A stretch of DNA of 64,000 bases from an uncultured Bacillaceae bacterium (lineage in GTDB: Bacteria > Bacillota > Bacilli > Bacillales > DSM-1321): assembly GCA_963751845.1 (NCBI GenBank), contig CAVVWH010000015.1, positions 10,578 through 74,577 of the forward strand. The letters are read 5' to 3'. Both the position numbers and the translations under genes were made by a program. Under the pieces are notes generated by a model, which made no database searches, was not told the DNA's origin, and saw only the letters and a list, made by a program, of their open reading frames with translations. This document shows, piece by piece, positions 52,198 through 62,524 of this stretch; the first letter of the stretch is position 1; the number at the start of each line of letters is the position of its first letter.

Positions 52198-53466
52198 ATG
52201 AATAAAAACAGATGGTTAATTGCTTTATCTGCTATCGCCATTCATCTTTCGATTGGGGGGGTATACGCTTACAGTGTATACAAGTTGCCAATAGTTGAGT
52301 CGATGGGGTGGACAGCAACTCAAGTAACGATAGCGTTTACAATCATGATGGCTCTTGGAGGATCATCTGCAGCTGTATTTGGAAAATTTGTTGAAAAGAG
52401 TGGTCCGAGAAAATCTGCATTGGTTGCAGCTGTATTATTTGGTCTAGGACAAGCAGGTTCAGGATTAGCTATTCATATGGATTCAGTAGTACTTTATTGG
52501 CTTACTTATGGGGTATTAAGTGGAGTTGGAATGGGGATCGGGTATATTTCACCAGTATCTACATTAATCAAATGGTTCCCAGATCGCAGAGGATTAGCAA
52601 CAGGGATGGCGGTACTTGGTTTTGGTACAGGGGCACTTCTTACAGCTCCGATTGCAGCAAACTTAATGGGATCTGTGGGTATTTCAACTACCTATTACAT
52701 TTTGGGTGCTAGCTATTTTATCTTAATGTTTTTAGGTGCTTCGTATATTGCGCCACCACCAGCGAATTATATGCCTGATGGAATGAAACAAGCAATGGCA
52801 AGTGGTAAAAAAGAAGTGAAGAAAGATTTACGTCAACTAACTGCAAAAGAAGCGGTTAAAACAAGACAATTCTGGATGTTATGGTCAATGAAGCTAGTTA
52901 ACACTAGTGCAGGTGTTATGATGATTTCGGTAGCCTCTCCTATGGCTCAAGAGGTAGTTGGGTTATCCGTAGCTGCAGCTGCTACTTTAGTTGGTATTAT
53001 GGGAATCTTCAATGGTGGAGGTCGACTAGGTTGGGCAGCAGCTTCTGATTATATCGGTCGTCACAATGTATTTATTATTTTCTTTACGATTCTAATTGTA
53101 TCGTTCATTACACTGCCGCTTACAACGAATGCTATCATATTCCAAGTTTTAATTTTGTTAGTAGTTAGTTGTTATGGTGGTGGATTCTCTAATCTTCCTG
53201 CATATGCCGGCGATTTATTTGGAACAAAAGAAATTGGAGCCATCCATGGATACCTGTTAACAACATGGTCTTTAGGTGGGGTTTGTGGACCACTGTTGGT
53301 AAACATCATTAAAGAAAGTACTGGAAGTTATACACCTGTGTTCTATACTTTCCTTGTATTAGTTTCTATTTCTATGATTATTACACTTTTCCTTCGTGCT
53401 GATGTGTTAAAAATGCGAAAAGCACAACAACTTAATATTAAGAATACAATTAGAAAGACTTCTTAA
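52198..53466 (+). CDS. OFA-family MFS transporter
   Basis: KWFPDRRGLATG, NGGGRL, SCYGGGF motifs. Confidence 0.9.
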   Translation: MNKNRWLIALSAIAIHLSIGGVYAYSVYKLPIVESMGWTATQVTIAFTIMMALGGSSAAVFGKFVEKSGPRKSALVAAVLFGLGQAGSGLAIHMDSVVLYWLTYGVLSGVGMGIGYISPVSTLIKWFPDRRGLATGMAVLGFGTGALLTAPIAANLMGSVGISTTYYILGASYFILMFLGASYIAPPPANYMPDGMKQAMASGKKEVKKDLRQLTAKEAVKTRQFWMLWSMKLVNTSAGVMMISVASPMAQEVVGLSVAAAATLVGIMGIFNGGGRLGWAAASDYIGRHNVFIIFFTILIVSFITLPLTTNAIIFQVLILLVVSCYGGGFSNLPAYAGDLFGTKEIGAIHGYLLTTWSLGGVCGPLLVNIIKESTGSYTPVFYTFLVLVSISMIITLFLRADVLKMRKAQQLNIKNTIRKTS

Positions 53467-53856
53467 GTACTGACTTTATGTTAATTTAGACTAAGGCATT
53501 ATTTTAAGCTATTTCCACACTATTTGTCGGAAATTCTTATCATAATGTCTTTTTTTATAACTATTTAAAATTACATATCTATCTTACTCTCTCTATTGTT
53601 CGTTGTAAAATAGATAGATATTATAGGATACATGACTTTTATCTATATTGAATTTTCATTTTTTATGAATTACATAATAATACGTGGCAATGTATGTATT
53701 TTATGAAGCAGGAGGGAATTGAGTGGAGATACAATCGAAGAGATAACAACGGATGTCCAAACCGATGAGTTGATTAGTTAGGCAGCGTAATGAAAGTCTG
53801 GTACAGTTTATGATTGACCAGACTTTCTATATGAATAAATATTATGACTCAAATCG

Positions 53857-55107
53857 TTATGTCATTTTTCCCTTTCTATACTCGGACGGGGTCATTCCTT
53901 TTATTTTCTTAAATACCTTGGTGAAATAATTTACATCATTATAACCAACCATTTGCGCAATATCTGTAACCAATAGATTTTTATTCTCCATGATATTCAC
54001 TGCTTCATTAATTCTTTGCTTATTAATATAGTCGGTAATGGATTGGCCTGTCTCTCTTTTGAATTTTCTCGATAATTCAAAAGAGCTAGATTGAATGGCA
54101 TTTGAAATGATGTTAAGAGTCAAATCTTGATCTAAATTAGTACGAATAAATTCGATTGCTTTTCTTATTATATAATTATAGTTTTTAAGCGAAAGTCTTT
54201 TTACTGTATCACAGTAATCATCAAGCATTTTGCTCTCTAGATCGATTAGCTGTTGGATGGATGTACATTTTTCAATTTGAATCGCATATTTTTCGGAAAG
54301 ACTATGAATATAAACAGGATAAAGTCCCCCTTTTTGAGCAGCTTTTCGTAAGATCGTGTTGTAGGTATAGGCCATATTTTTTCGAGAACGTAACGGATTA
54401 TCAGGAATCCGATCAGGGATTCTGCTTATGCTTGAAGAATCCTCCTTCATCAGTTTTTCCGCTTTATCTTTATCTCCATTAGCAACAGCTGCCATTAGTT
54501 CATTTTCAATATCGTAGCGCTTTTCGATTAACGCACTAGACAGCTCAGTAGTTTCTTTCATGTTGTCATGTGGAAGGACAAAGTCAGTTTGAAAATCATA
54601 ATGTATTTTACCAACTTCAATCGTTTGCGAATGGATTGTGTTTAACATCTTCGAATTATACGCAAGAAATTCTGCAAGAGTTTCGGCTTTATAGGCACTG
54701 ATTGCTGGGAGAGATAAATAATATTGCGTGAGAATATGCTTAAGGGAAATCGGTAAATTATTCTCAAATAATACATCCTGAATCATGAGTGCTGTCGGTT
54801 CTTCAAGCAAATAGGGTCCGACGATGATAAATCCTAGGCATTTGTGCCCGTCATCATATAAACGAGAAGAGATATAGTTTAATCTGAGTGAGAGCGAATG
54901 AAATAAAACATCTTGTACAGATGGTGTTTCATTTAATTGTAGGACAAGGTTCGTATGACCAATATAGGGCTGTAATTGATCTGGAACTGAATTTTGAGCA
55001 AATTCTAGCTTGATTTTGGATTCCAAATTCATGAATATGGTGTCCATATTAGAAAAGAAAAAGGAAAACTTACATACCTTTTCGATCGTTTGTTGATAAT
55101 TATACAT
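53857..55107 (-). CDS. AraC-family transcriptional regulator
   Basis: C-terminal double HTH (VGYNDVNYFTKVFKK..GMTPSEYR); divergent from the sugar cluster. Confidence 0.9.
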   Translation of the reverse strand: MYNYQQTIEKVCKFSFFFSNMDTIFMNLESKIKLEFAQNSVPDQLQPYIGHTNLVLQLNETPSVQDVLFHSLSLRLNYISSRLYDDGHKCLGFIIVGPYLLEEPTALMIQDVLFENNLPISLKHILTQYYLSLPAISAYKAETLAEFLAYNSKMLNTIHSQTIEVGKIHYDFQTDFVLPHDNMKETTELSSALIEKRYDIENELMAAVANGDKDKAEKLMKEDSSSISRIPDRIPDNPLRSRKNMAYTYNTILRKAAQKGGLYPVYIHSLSEKYAIQIEKCTSIQQLIDLESKMLDDYCDTVKRLSLKNYNYIIRKAIEFIRTNLDQDLTLNIISNAIQSSSFELSRKFKRETGQSITDYINKQRINEAVNIMENKNLLVTDIAQMVGYNDVNYFTKVFKKIKGMTPSEYRKGKMT

Positions 55108-55349
55108 GGGAAATCCTCCGTATTGGTTGTATTAAGTCCTTGATTAAAGGATTAAAATCTTTATCGTTACATTCATTTTTACTAAAGGTGAAGTTAAACA
55201 ATAGTGTTGTTTTTGGCCCACTTCTAAGAGACTGCGGTCTCTCAGAAGTGAGCCAAAAGACAACAGAGTTCTAAATAAAAGACTTACTAAAGAATAAAAA
55301 AACGATTTATTAATTATTTTACTATTTATCACAAGATATTACTAGAAAA

Positions 55350-55406
55350 AGTGAGCGTTTTCACATAATATAAGGACATGCAATAAAACATTTGAAAGCG
55401 ATTAAC
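55350..55406. promoter_or_regulatory. Putative cre sites
   Basis: AGTGAGCGTTTTCA (55350) and TGAAAGCGATTAAC (55393). Confidence 0.5.
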
Positions 55407-55527
55407 TAACAATCACACCCACTTACCATACCATTTCAACGATGATTGTAAATGCTTTAAAATGAAACAATTATAATCTAATTTACACGCGTTTGCATGA
55501 AATTGATTTAAGGAGGAATTGCCGTTC

Positions 55528-56416
55528 ATGAATCAAGATTTAATGATTTCAGGTTTTTCTGATGAAATCTCGTCAGAATTTGATACTCAGCTAGAAGTAG
55601 TTTCAAATTTAGGGATGCACTATATCTCATTGCGTGGGATTGATGGAAAAAATATTGGAGATTATACGGTAGATGAAATAAAAGAAACTGTTTTGCCACG
55701 TCTCCAAAGATGGGAAATAGGAGTTTCGTCCATCGGCTCTCCAATTGGAAAAGTATTCATTAATGATGAAGAAGGATACGAAAACCAAAAGGTGATGTTA
55801 GATCGACTTTGTCAGATAAGTAACCTAATAGATTGTAAATATATCCGTATTTTCAGCTTTTATATTCCAAAGGATGAAGATGCTGATCAATATAAAGAAG
55901 AAGTAATTCGTAAAATTAAAGAGTTTGCAACGATTGCTGAGAAATATAACGTGATTTTACTGCATGAAAATGAAAAAGACATTTATGGAGATATTGCAAG
56001 ACGTTGTCACGAAATTTTGAAAGCGGTTGCCTCTCCATCTTTTAAGGCTATCTTTGATTTTGCTAACTTTGTTCAGTGTGGTGAAGACACGCAAGAGTGC
56101 TATGACTTGCTTAAAAGATGAAGTCGTATACATTCATATAAAAGATGCTGTTTCAACAGATAGTCAAAATGTCGTTTGTGGAACGGGTGAAGGGAAAATT
56201 CCTGAAATTCTTGCTCAAGCAATTGATAGCGGATACAAAGGCTTCTTGACTTTAGAACCACATCTAGTACTATTTGACTCTTTGAAGGATTTAGAGCTTG
56301 AGGAAGCGACTGACATTATTAAGGATAACAAAGGTCTTGATGGTGCCGGAGGATATAAATTGCAATATGAATCTTTACTAAACATTCTAAAAACTATACA
56401 AAGTGAGGAGAAATAA
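55528..56416 (+). CDS. Sugar-phosphate isomerase/epimerase (xylose isomerase-like TIM barrel), apparent frameshift near 56115
   Basis: SGFSDE, HENE, FDFAN, then HIKD and TLEPH in the next frame. Confidence 0.88.
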
Positions 56417-56418
56417 TT

Positions 56419-57579
56419 ATGAAAACAGTAAGAATGGGAATTATCGGTATTGGTGCTCAAGGTGGAACATACGCTGGATTTTTAGCAGAAGGTAAAGTTA
56501 AAAACATGGTACTTGGAGCAATTTGTGATATTGATCCAGAGAAAAAAGCAATGTGTGCTGAAAAATATCCAGACGTACCATTCTATGATAATTACATTGA
56601 TATGCTTGAAAGTGGAGATGTTGATGCAGTCGTTACAGCTGTACCTCATTATCTACATCCGGAGATGGGTATTGAAGCGTTAAAAAGAGATGTCCACGCA
56701 TTATTAGAAAAGCCAGCTGGTGTCTATACAAAACAAGTAAAAGAATTAAATGAATTTGCAGCAACAAAACCTGAATTGACTTTTGGTATTATGTTTAACC
56801 AAAGGACAAACGCTCTTTATCAAAAAGTAAAAGAAATAGTTGATAATGGTGAAATCGGTAAGATTCGTCGTACAAATTGGATGATTACAACTTGGTGGCG
56901 TCCACAAGGCTATTATGATCAAAGCGAGTGGAGAGCAACTTGGAGCGGTGAAGGCGGCGGTGTACTAGTTAACCAAGCACCTCATCAAATTGACTTATTA
57001 CAATGGATCTGTGGAATGCCTAAAAAAGTTTATTCAAATGTAAAATATGGCTATCAAAGAAATATCTCAGTTGAAGATGAAGTGACTACAATTCTTGATT
57101 ATGGTAACGGTGCAACAGGGGTATTTATCACATGTACTCATGATGTTATTGGTACGGACCGCTTTGAAATTTTAGGCGACAAAGGAAAAATCGTGGTTGA
57201 CGATAGTAAGAAAGTAACAATTAAACGTTTGAAAAAATCAGAAAATGAAATGAACGCATCTATGAGTTGGGCAGATGCAATGAAGATTTTCATGGGTGGA
57301 GATTTAGGCGAAATCTATGATGAAGAAGTAATTGAATTTGAAAGCGTATGGGGTGCTCAACATATCGGCGTTCTTGAAAACTTCGCAGCTAATATAGTTG
57401 AAGGTACACCACTACTTGCACCAGGCAGCGATGGAATCAATGGTGTTGCACTTGCCAATGCAATTCATTTATCTAGCTGGTTAGGAAAAGAAGTAGAAAT
57501 TCCTGTAGATGAAGATTTATATCTAGCAGAATTAAACAAAAAAATTGAAGAAGAGAAGAAACAACCAGTTACTAAATAA
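56419..57579 (+). CDS. Gfo/Idh/MocA oxidoreductase
   Basis: GIIGIG, EKP, GGGVLVNQAPHQID. Confidence 0.92.
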   Translation: MKTVRMGIIGIGAQGGTYAGFLAEGKVKNMVLGAICDIDPEKKAMCAEKYPDVPFYDNYIDMLESGDVDAVVTAVPHYLHPEMGIEALKRDVHALLEKPAGVYTKQVKELNEFAATKPELTFGIMFNQRTNALYQKVKEIVDNGEIGKIRRTNWMITTWWRPQGYYDQSEWRATWSGEGGGVLVNQAPHQIDLLQWICGMPKKVYSNVKYGYQRNISVEDEVTTILDYGNGATGVFITCTHDVIGTDRFEILGDKGKIVVDDSKKVTIKRLKKSENEMNASMSWADAMKIFMGGDLGEIYDEEVIEFESVWGAQHIGVLENFAANIVEGTPLLAPGSDGINGVALANAIHLSSWLGKEVEIPVDEDLYLAELNKKIEEEKKQPVTK

Positions 57580-57699
57580 TGATTGCGGTTTAAGATTCAC
57601 TCGAATGGTAAGACTTTTGGTGAGAAATCAACCTGAGTTGGTGGCGTGAGCAAAGAATATCCTATGCATCTATGATGTTACTGCATATGAATTTAGCTC

Positions 57700-57905
57700 C
57701 GCCCCTCTACCTATAAAAAATGAGAATCGCGAGTCATGCTAAATTAATTAATCAATTCTATTCTTGTATAGAAAATAACACACAAGATTATGTCCATGTG
57801 AAGGATGCATTACCTTCTATTAAAATGATAGATGCTATCCGTAAATCATCTGAACTAAAACAAGCGTTGAGAAAAACATATGAGTATACTCGAGTACCTG
57901 TATGA
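57700..57905 (+). pseudogene. C-terminal remnant of a second Gfo/Idh/MocA oxidoreductase
   Basis: SHAKLINQFYSCI...DAL.SIKMIDAIRKSS resembles the family C-terminus; no Rossmann N-terminus. Confidence 0.6.
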
Positions 57906-57963
57906 TTTTTACTACAAAATGATTGATACCGAAAGAAGATAATGATGAAATGAGGAATTCTGC

Positions 57964-58824
57964 ATGACTAAAGGTAAAATTGGCGTTCAAATGATGATGT
58001 TAAAAGATAAAGTGGAAGAATTAGGCGCTTATGAAACAATGAGAAAAGTAAATGAACTTGGTTACCATGCTGTTGAGGTATCTCAAATTCCAATGACTCC
58101 AGAAAATGTAGCTGAGTTAAAACGAGCAAGCCAAGATTTTGATATTAAAATTGCTGCGATGTCAGCTGGTTTAGAACCAATGCTACCTGGTGCTCCTGGT
58201 GAAACAATCGTCAATGATTTTGATAAAATTGTTAGCGATTGCAAAGCATTAGATTGTAATTTCTTACGTATTGGTATGATGCCATTAAATAGAATGTTCG
58301 ATAAAGAGCAAATCATGGAATTTGTTGCTAAGGCTGAAGATTATGCTCATAAATTTGCAGAGCATGGCATCGAATTATACTATCATACTCATCATCTTGA
58401 GTTCCAAAAATTTGATGGTGAATATCTATTAGATATCATTAAAAACAACACAACAAAACTAGGCTTTGAATTGGATGTTCACTGGATTCAAAGAGCAGGT
58501 GTAAACCCTGTTGAGTTTGTAAAACAATACAAAGGCCGCATTTCTCTATTACACTTAAAAGATTATCGTATTGCTGCAATGGATATAAGCAAAGTTGACT
58601 TTAATGACATGTCTACCTTTATGAATGTCTTCGTAAACACGATTGAATTTGCTGAAGTTGGGGAAGGAAATCTTGATATCCCAGCTATTATGGAAGCCGG
58701 TCTTGAAGCTGGTGCACAATATTTCTTAGTAGAGCAAGATGAACAATATGGTCGCGATCCATTTGATTGCTTACAAACATCAGCCGAAAATCTAAGAAAA
58801 TTGGGATATGGTGATTGGTTTTAA
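57964..58824 (+). CDS. Sugar-phosphate isomerase/epimerase (TIM barrel)
   Basis: YHTHHLEF, ELDVHW, HLKD, VEQD. Confidence 0.9.
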   Translation: MTKGKIGVQMMMLKDKVEELGAYETMRKVNELGYHAVEVSQIPMTPENVAELKRASQDFDIKIAAMSAGLEPMLPGAPGETIVNDFDKIVSDCKALDCNFLRIGMMPLNRMFDKEQIMEFVAKAEDYAHKFAEHGIELYYHTHHLEFQKFDGEYLLDIIKNNTTKLGFELDVHWIQRAGVNPVEFVKQYKGRISLLHLKDYRIAAMDISKVDFNDMSTFMNVFVNTIEFAEVGEGNLDIPAIMEAGLEAGAQYFLVEQDEQYGRDPFDCLQTSAENLRKLGYGDWF

Positions 58825-59072
58825 TGAAGAGTAACAATAAATAGATTGATAAAAAAACACAGAATGAATGCATCAAGGATGTAATCATTTTGTGTTTTTT
58901 TATTATATTAAGAGAATTATATTTGTCAGAAAGTTTGGAAAATGCTATAATTACATTATAATAATTAGTTGATTTATAGTTTTGTATAGACGTTTTTAGA
59001 CTATTTGTATCTTTCTCATAGTAACTTTTCTTATATAGCATTGTTTACGAAGTAAAGAGGGGATGTAGACAT

Positions 59073-59711
59073 ATGAAATTAGATCAAAAACAAATCAGAC
59101 TGCTTGTCAATCTTCAAGGATCACTGGAAAAGAAAGAAGTGAAATTTTTGGTTTTTCAAGAAGATCAAAAATATACGGTTACAAATATATTAGAGGAAGC
59201 GCTGAGCGTAAATAGCACGATTTTTGTGATTACTTCAAAAAATGTTGTTGCATTAGGACCAGTTCTTGCGGAAACTAAAGAAGATATAAGGGAACAGGTT
59301 GATATGATTATGTCAATCATGCAAAATGAACTAATAGAGGAACATCCAACGGATCACTTAGGAAGTTCAAAAATCCCGCTAATCGAGCATCCAACATACA
59401 CAGCGGATTTATTTGCAGTGATCGCTAATGAGCTAGAGTTTGATCCGGGAGAAATTCATATAATGTTAACGACACTGGAAAAAATGCTGCCACTTTATAC
59501 AGAATATTTTCAAAAAAATAGAAAAAAAGACGTATTTGAACTTTCTTTTGTAGCGAAACAGATTTTACTAAAAATGAACAAGTCACAAGAAGAATTCAAC
59601 ATGTTTATAAGTCTTTTAAAAGAAAAAATTGATCTTCAACCTGCTGAGATAGAAGAGCAAGCAACAAGTGTATTAACAAATCTTTTGTTTGAAAAAATAG
59701 AGAGCAAATAA
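59073..59711 (+). CDS. Hypothetical protein
   Basis: 212-aa ORF with GAGGGG RBS and a downstream terminator. Confidence 0.75.
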   Translation: MKLDQKQIRLLVNLQGSLEKKEVKFLVFQEDQKYTVTNILEEALSVNSTIFVITSKNVVALGPVLAETKEDIREQVDMIMSIMQNELIEEHPTDHLGSSKIPLIEHPTYTADLFAVIANELEFDPGEIHIMLTTLEKMLPLYTEYFQKNRKKDVFELSFVAKQILLKMNKSQEEFNMFISLLKEKIDLQPAEIEEQATSVLTNLLFEKIESK

Positions 59712-59814
59712 TTGCAATTTATTATAGTAACAAAAAGAGGAAAAGCATTCGATTTGGGTGCTTTTCCTCTTTTTTGTTCAATTAAAATGTTGATATATTT
59801 CCGTTAAATGAATG

Positions 59815-59971
59815 ATAAAGTGAAACTTCCATCAGTGGGGGTTTTCTTCATCCCCCACTGATGGTTAGTTGAACCAATCGGACCTTTACGGGCAGTAAGA
59901 TCCCCACCTATCTTCTTTGGATTCTCAGAATCTTGAGGTTGGGGTCTTACTGCCCGTTAAGGCGGGATAAA
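59815..59971 (-). repeat. Intact 157-bp bcr1-like mini-repeat
   Basis: ATAAA at both ends (59815-59819, 59967-59971); two long internal hairpins. Confidence 0.88.
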
Positions 59972-60261
59972 TGGATCATGCAGAGACAATGCACATCTGC
60001 AAAAAGTCTCACTATATGACCTTGGTAAAATTAAAGAGTGATATAAAAGAGTCACTTCATAAAAAATGATAAATTTCTGCAAAATGTTTGAAATAACAAC
60101 GATTTTTTAAATAATTGGATTCTTGTAGTTCTTTTGTATAGAAGGATTAACAAGATATTTGGCGAAAGATATTAGAATGGTAAAAACAGGATATTCAATC
60201 AATTAAAAAGGGGTAGTTTTGTGATTAATGAAGGACGAAATATGACTATCTGTAGGGGGAA

Positions 60262-61720
60262 ATGATGGATATTAAAAATATAGATAGTAGGATTGTAAAA
60301 TGGATCGAGGTATTACGTTCTACTCAGGCTATTCCTCATTCTATGATAACAGAGCTTACCGACGACCTTGTAGCGATTCATCAAAGAAATCAAAAGAATC
60401 AAATGTTAGAATCTTTATTGTCATGTATTCCTGAAGGAGTTGAAATTGCTGACAGTAACGGAAATATACTATTTGTGAATGAAAATGTAGAAAAAATAGC
60501 AGGGTTTAAGATTCGTAATCGTATAGGTAAAAATATATTTGATGTAAACCCTAATAGTCTCTTAGCACGGACCTTAAGAGAGAAAAAAGAAATACATGAT
60601 ACGATAACAACCGCACCTGAAATGAATCGAGAGGTTGTTGCTAATGCATTTCCTATCTTTTCCGATGATCAGATGATGGGTGCAGTGGTTTTAATTAAAG
60701 ATATTTCTCAAGTCATCCACCTTGCCAAAAAATTAAATCAAACAACAAATTTTCTTCATGAAATGTACAGAAAAAATTCTGCTCATTATAATTTCGCAGA
60801 TATTATTGGAAATAGTCTCCCCATGCAAAATGTCATCCAACTCTCTAAAAAAATAGCACCAATTGACTCTACAGTATTAATTGAAGGTGAAAATGGGACG
60901 GGAAAAGAACTATTTGCTCATTCGATTCATGCAGCTAGCGATCGGTTTGATAAACCGTTTTTAAGTATAAATTGTGCAGCTATACCTGAGCAATTGCTTG
61001 AAAGTGAATTTTTTGGACATGAAAAGGGCTCGTTCACGGGAGCTAATAAGACCAAAATAGGGATTTTTGAATTAGCTAACGGGGGAACGCTTTTTTTGGA
61101 TGAAATCGGCGATATGCCCTTACTTCTGCAATCAAAACTTCTACGTGTCTTGCAGGAAGGTGAAATCCGTCGAATTGGAGGATCAGACACAATAAAAGTG
61201 AATGTCCGAATCATTACGGCTACGAATCGAGATTTAATACAAATGGTAAGTCAGGGGGATTTTCGGGAGGATCTTTACTATCGAATCAACGTCATTACGT
61301 TACGGATACCCTCATTGCGTGAACGAGGTGAAGATATTTTGGAGTTAGCAAACTTTTTTATCACAAAATACAATAAAAAATTTAGAAGAACGATAAAAGG
61401 CCTTGAACAAAAGGCCGTTCAAGCGCTTTATGAGCATCCTTGGCCAGGCAATGTTAGAGAATTAGAAAATGTGATGGAGTATGCGATCTTGACAACGGAT
61501 ACGGAGATGTTACGTCTAGAAAATATCATGACCAAGATTCCAAAATCGATAAAGCGCGATCATCAGTGATGAAATAACACCACTTCATGAGATGGAAAAT
61601 CAACTCATTCAAAAAGCCATTCAACAATATGGAGACACTTTGGAAGGGAAAAAACAAGCAGCCAAAGCATTAGGTATATCCTTAGCCACTCTTTATAACA
61701 AGTTAAAAAGAATCATGTGA
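60262..61720 (+). CDS. PAS-domain sigma54-dependent activator, apparent frameshift near 61558
   Basis: GENGTGKE, GSFTGA, WPGNVRELEN; HTH AAKALGISLATLYNKL in the shifted frame ending 61720. Confidence 0.9.
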
Positions 61721-61724
61721 ACCA

Positions 61725-61795
61725 GAAAAAGCGGAACCGGCTTGGTCAGCCGGTGAAGCTAGACAGAGAAAAGCGGAAGGCCTCCGTTCAGCAAC
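61725..61795 (+). repeat. Degenerate tandem GAAAAGCGGAA...GCTAGACA intergenic repeat
   Basis: aaaagcggaa occurs twice about 42 bp apart with related tails (ggtcagc/gttcagc). Confidence 0.5.
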
Positions 61796-61963
61796 ATATG
61801 GAGTTTGAATTCTAGTTATTAGAATGTAAATCTAATTATTAGAATTCACTTTCAGTATGGAAAGGATAAGCTAAAACGCAATCTTATGCTCTATCATTCT
61901 AATTTTTTGAACTTATTAATCTATAGGAATGTAAAATTCACTGTTAAATCTATAGCAATTATT

Positions 61964-61979
61964 TGGCATGAATCTTGCA
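61964..61979 (+). promoter_or_regulatory. sigma54 (SigL) -24/-12 promoter
   Basis: TGGCAT-N5-TTGCA. Confidence 0.88.
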
Positions 61980-62053
61980 AGAAGTATAAATATAGTAGAT
62001 GAGAACTTATATATTTCAGTGATGGCTAAGTCAATTTAAGAAATAGACATAAT

Positions 62054-62067
62054 TGATAGCGTTTCCA
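62054..62067 (+). promoter_or_regulatory. Putative cre site
   Basis: TGATAGCGTTTCCA in the leader. Confidence 0.55.
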
Positions 62068-62094
62068 AAAATGTTGAAGTAAGGAGTGTGAAGT

Positions 62095-62523
62095 ATGAAC
62101 GATTATATCAAACCACTACCACAGCAGGTGAAGGGTGCTGTATCTCAAAAATATTGGGATTCTTTAAAAGAAGAAAAGTTTATGTATCAAAAGTGTAATG
62201 ATTGTGATTTCTCTATTTTTTATGCGAGGGTTGTTTGCCCTAATTGTATGTCTGAAAATCTATCTTGGCATCAATCAGCAGGTGAGGGAACGATTTATTC
62301 ATATACGACTGTCTTTCGAACAGGTACTCCAGGGTTTAAATCGGAGGTTCCGTATGTTGTCGGCTTAGTTGACTTAGCTGAAGGAATTCGAGTGATGGGT
62401 AATATCATTGGATGGGACGATCCAGAGGCACTTCAAATCGATCAAGTTGTGTCGTTAGAATTTCGAAAAGCAACAGATCAATACACGTTACCAGTCTTTC
62501 GTGTAATAAAGGAGGGAGAATAA
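62095..62523 (+). CDS. DUF35 Zn-ribbon/OB-fold protein
   Basis: CxxC-x10-CxxC, GTIYSYT, VPY..GLVDLAEG. Confidence 0.92.
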   Translation: MNDYIKPLPQQVKGAVSQKYWDSLKEEKFMYQKCNDCDFSIFYARVVCPNCMSENLSWHQSAGEGTIYSYTTVFRTGTPGFKSEVPYVVGLVDLAEGIRVMGNIIGWDDPEALQIDQVVSLEFRKATDQYTLPVFRVIKEGE

Positions 62524-62524
62524 G

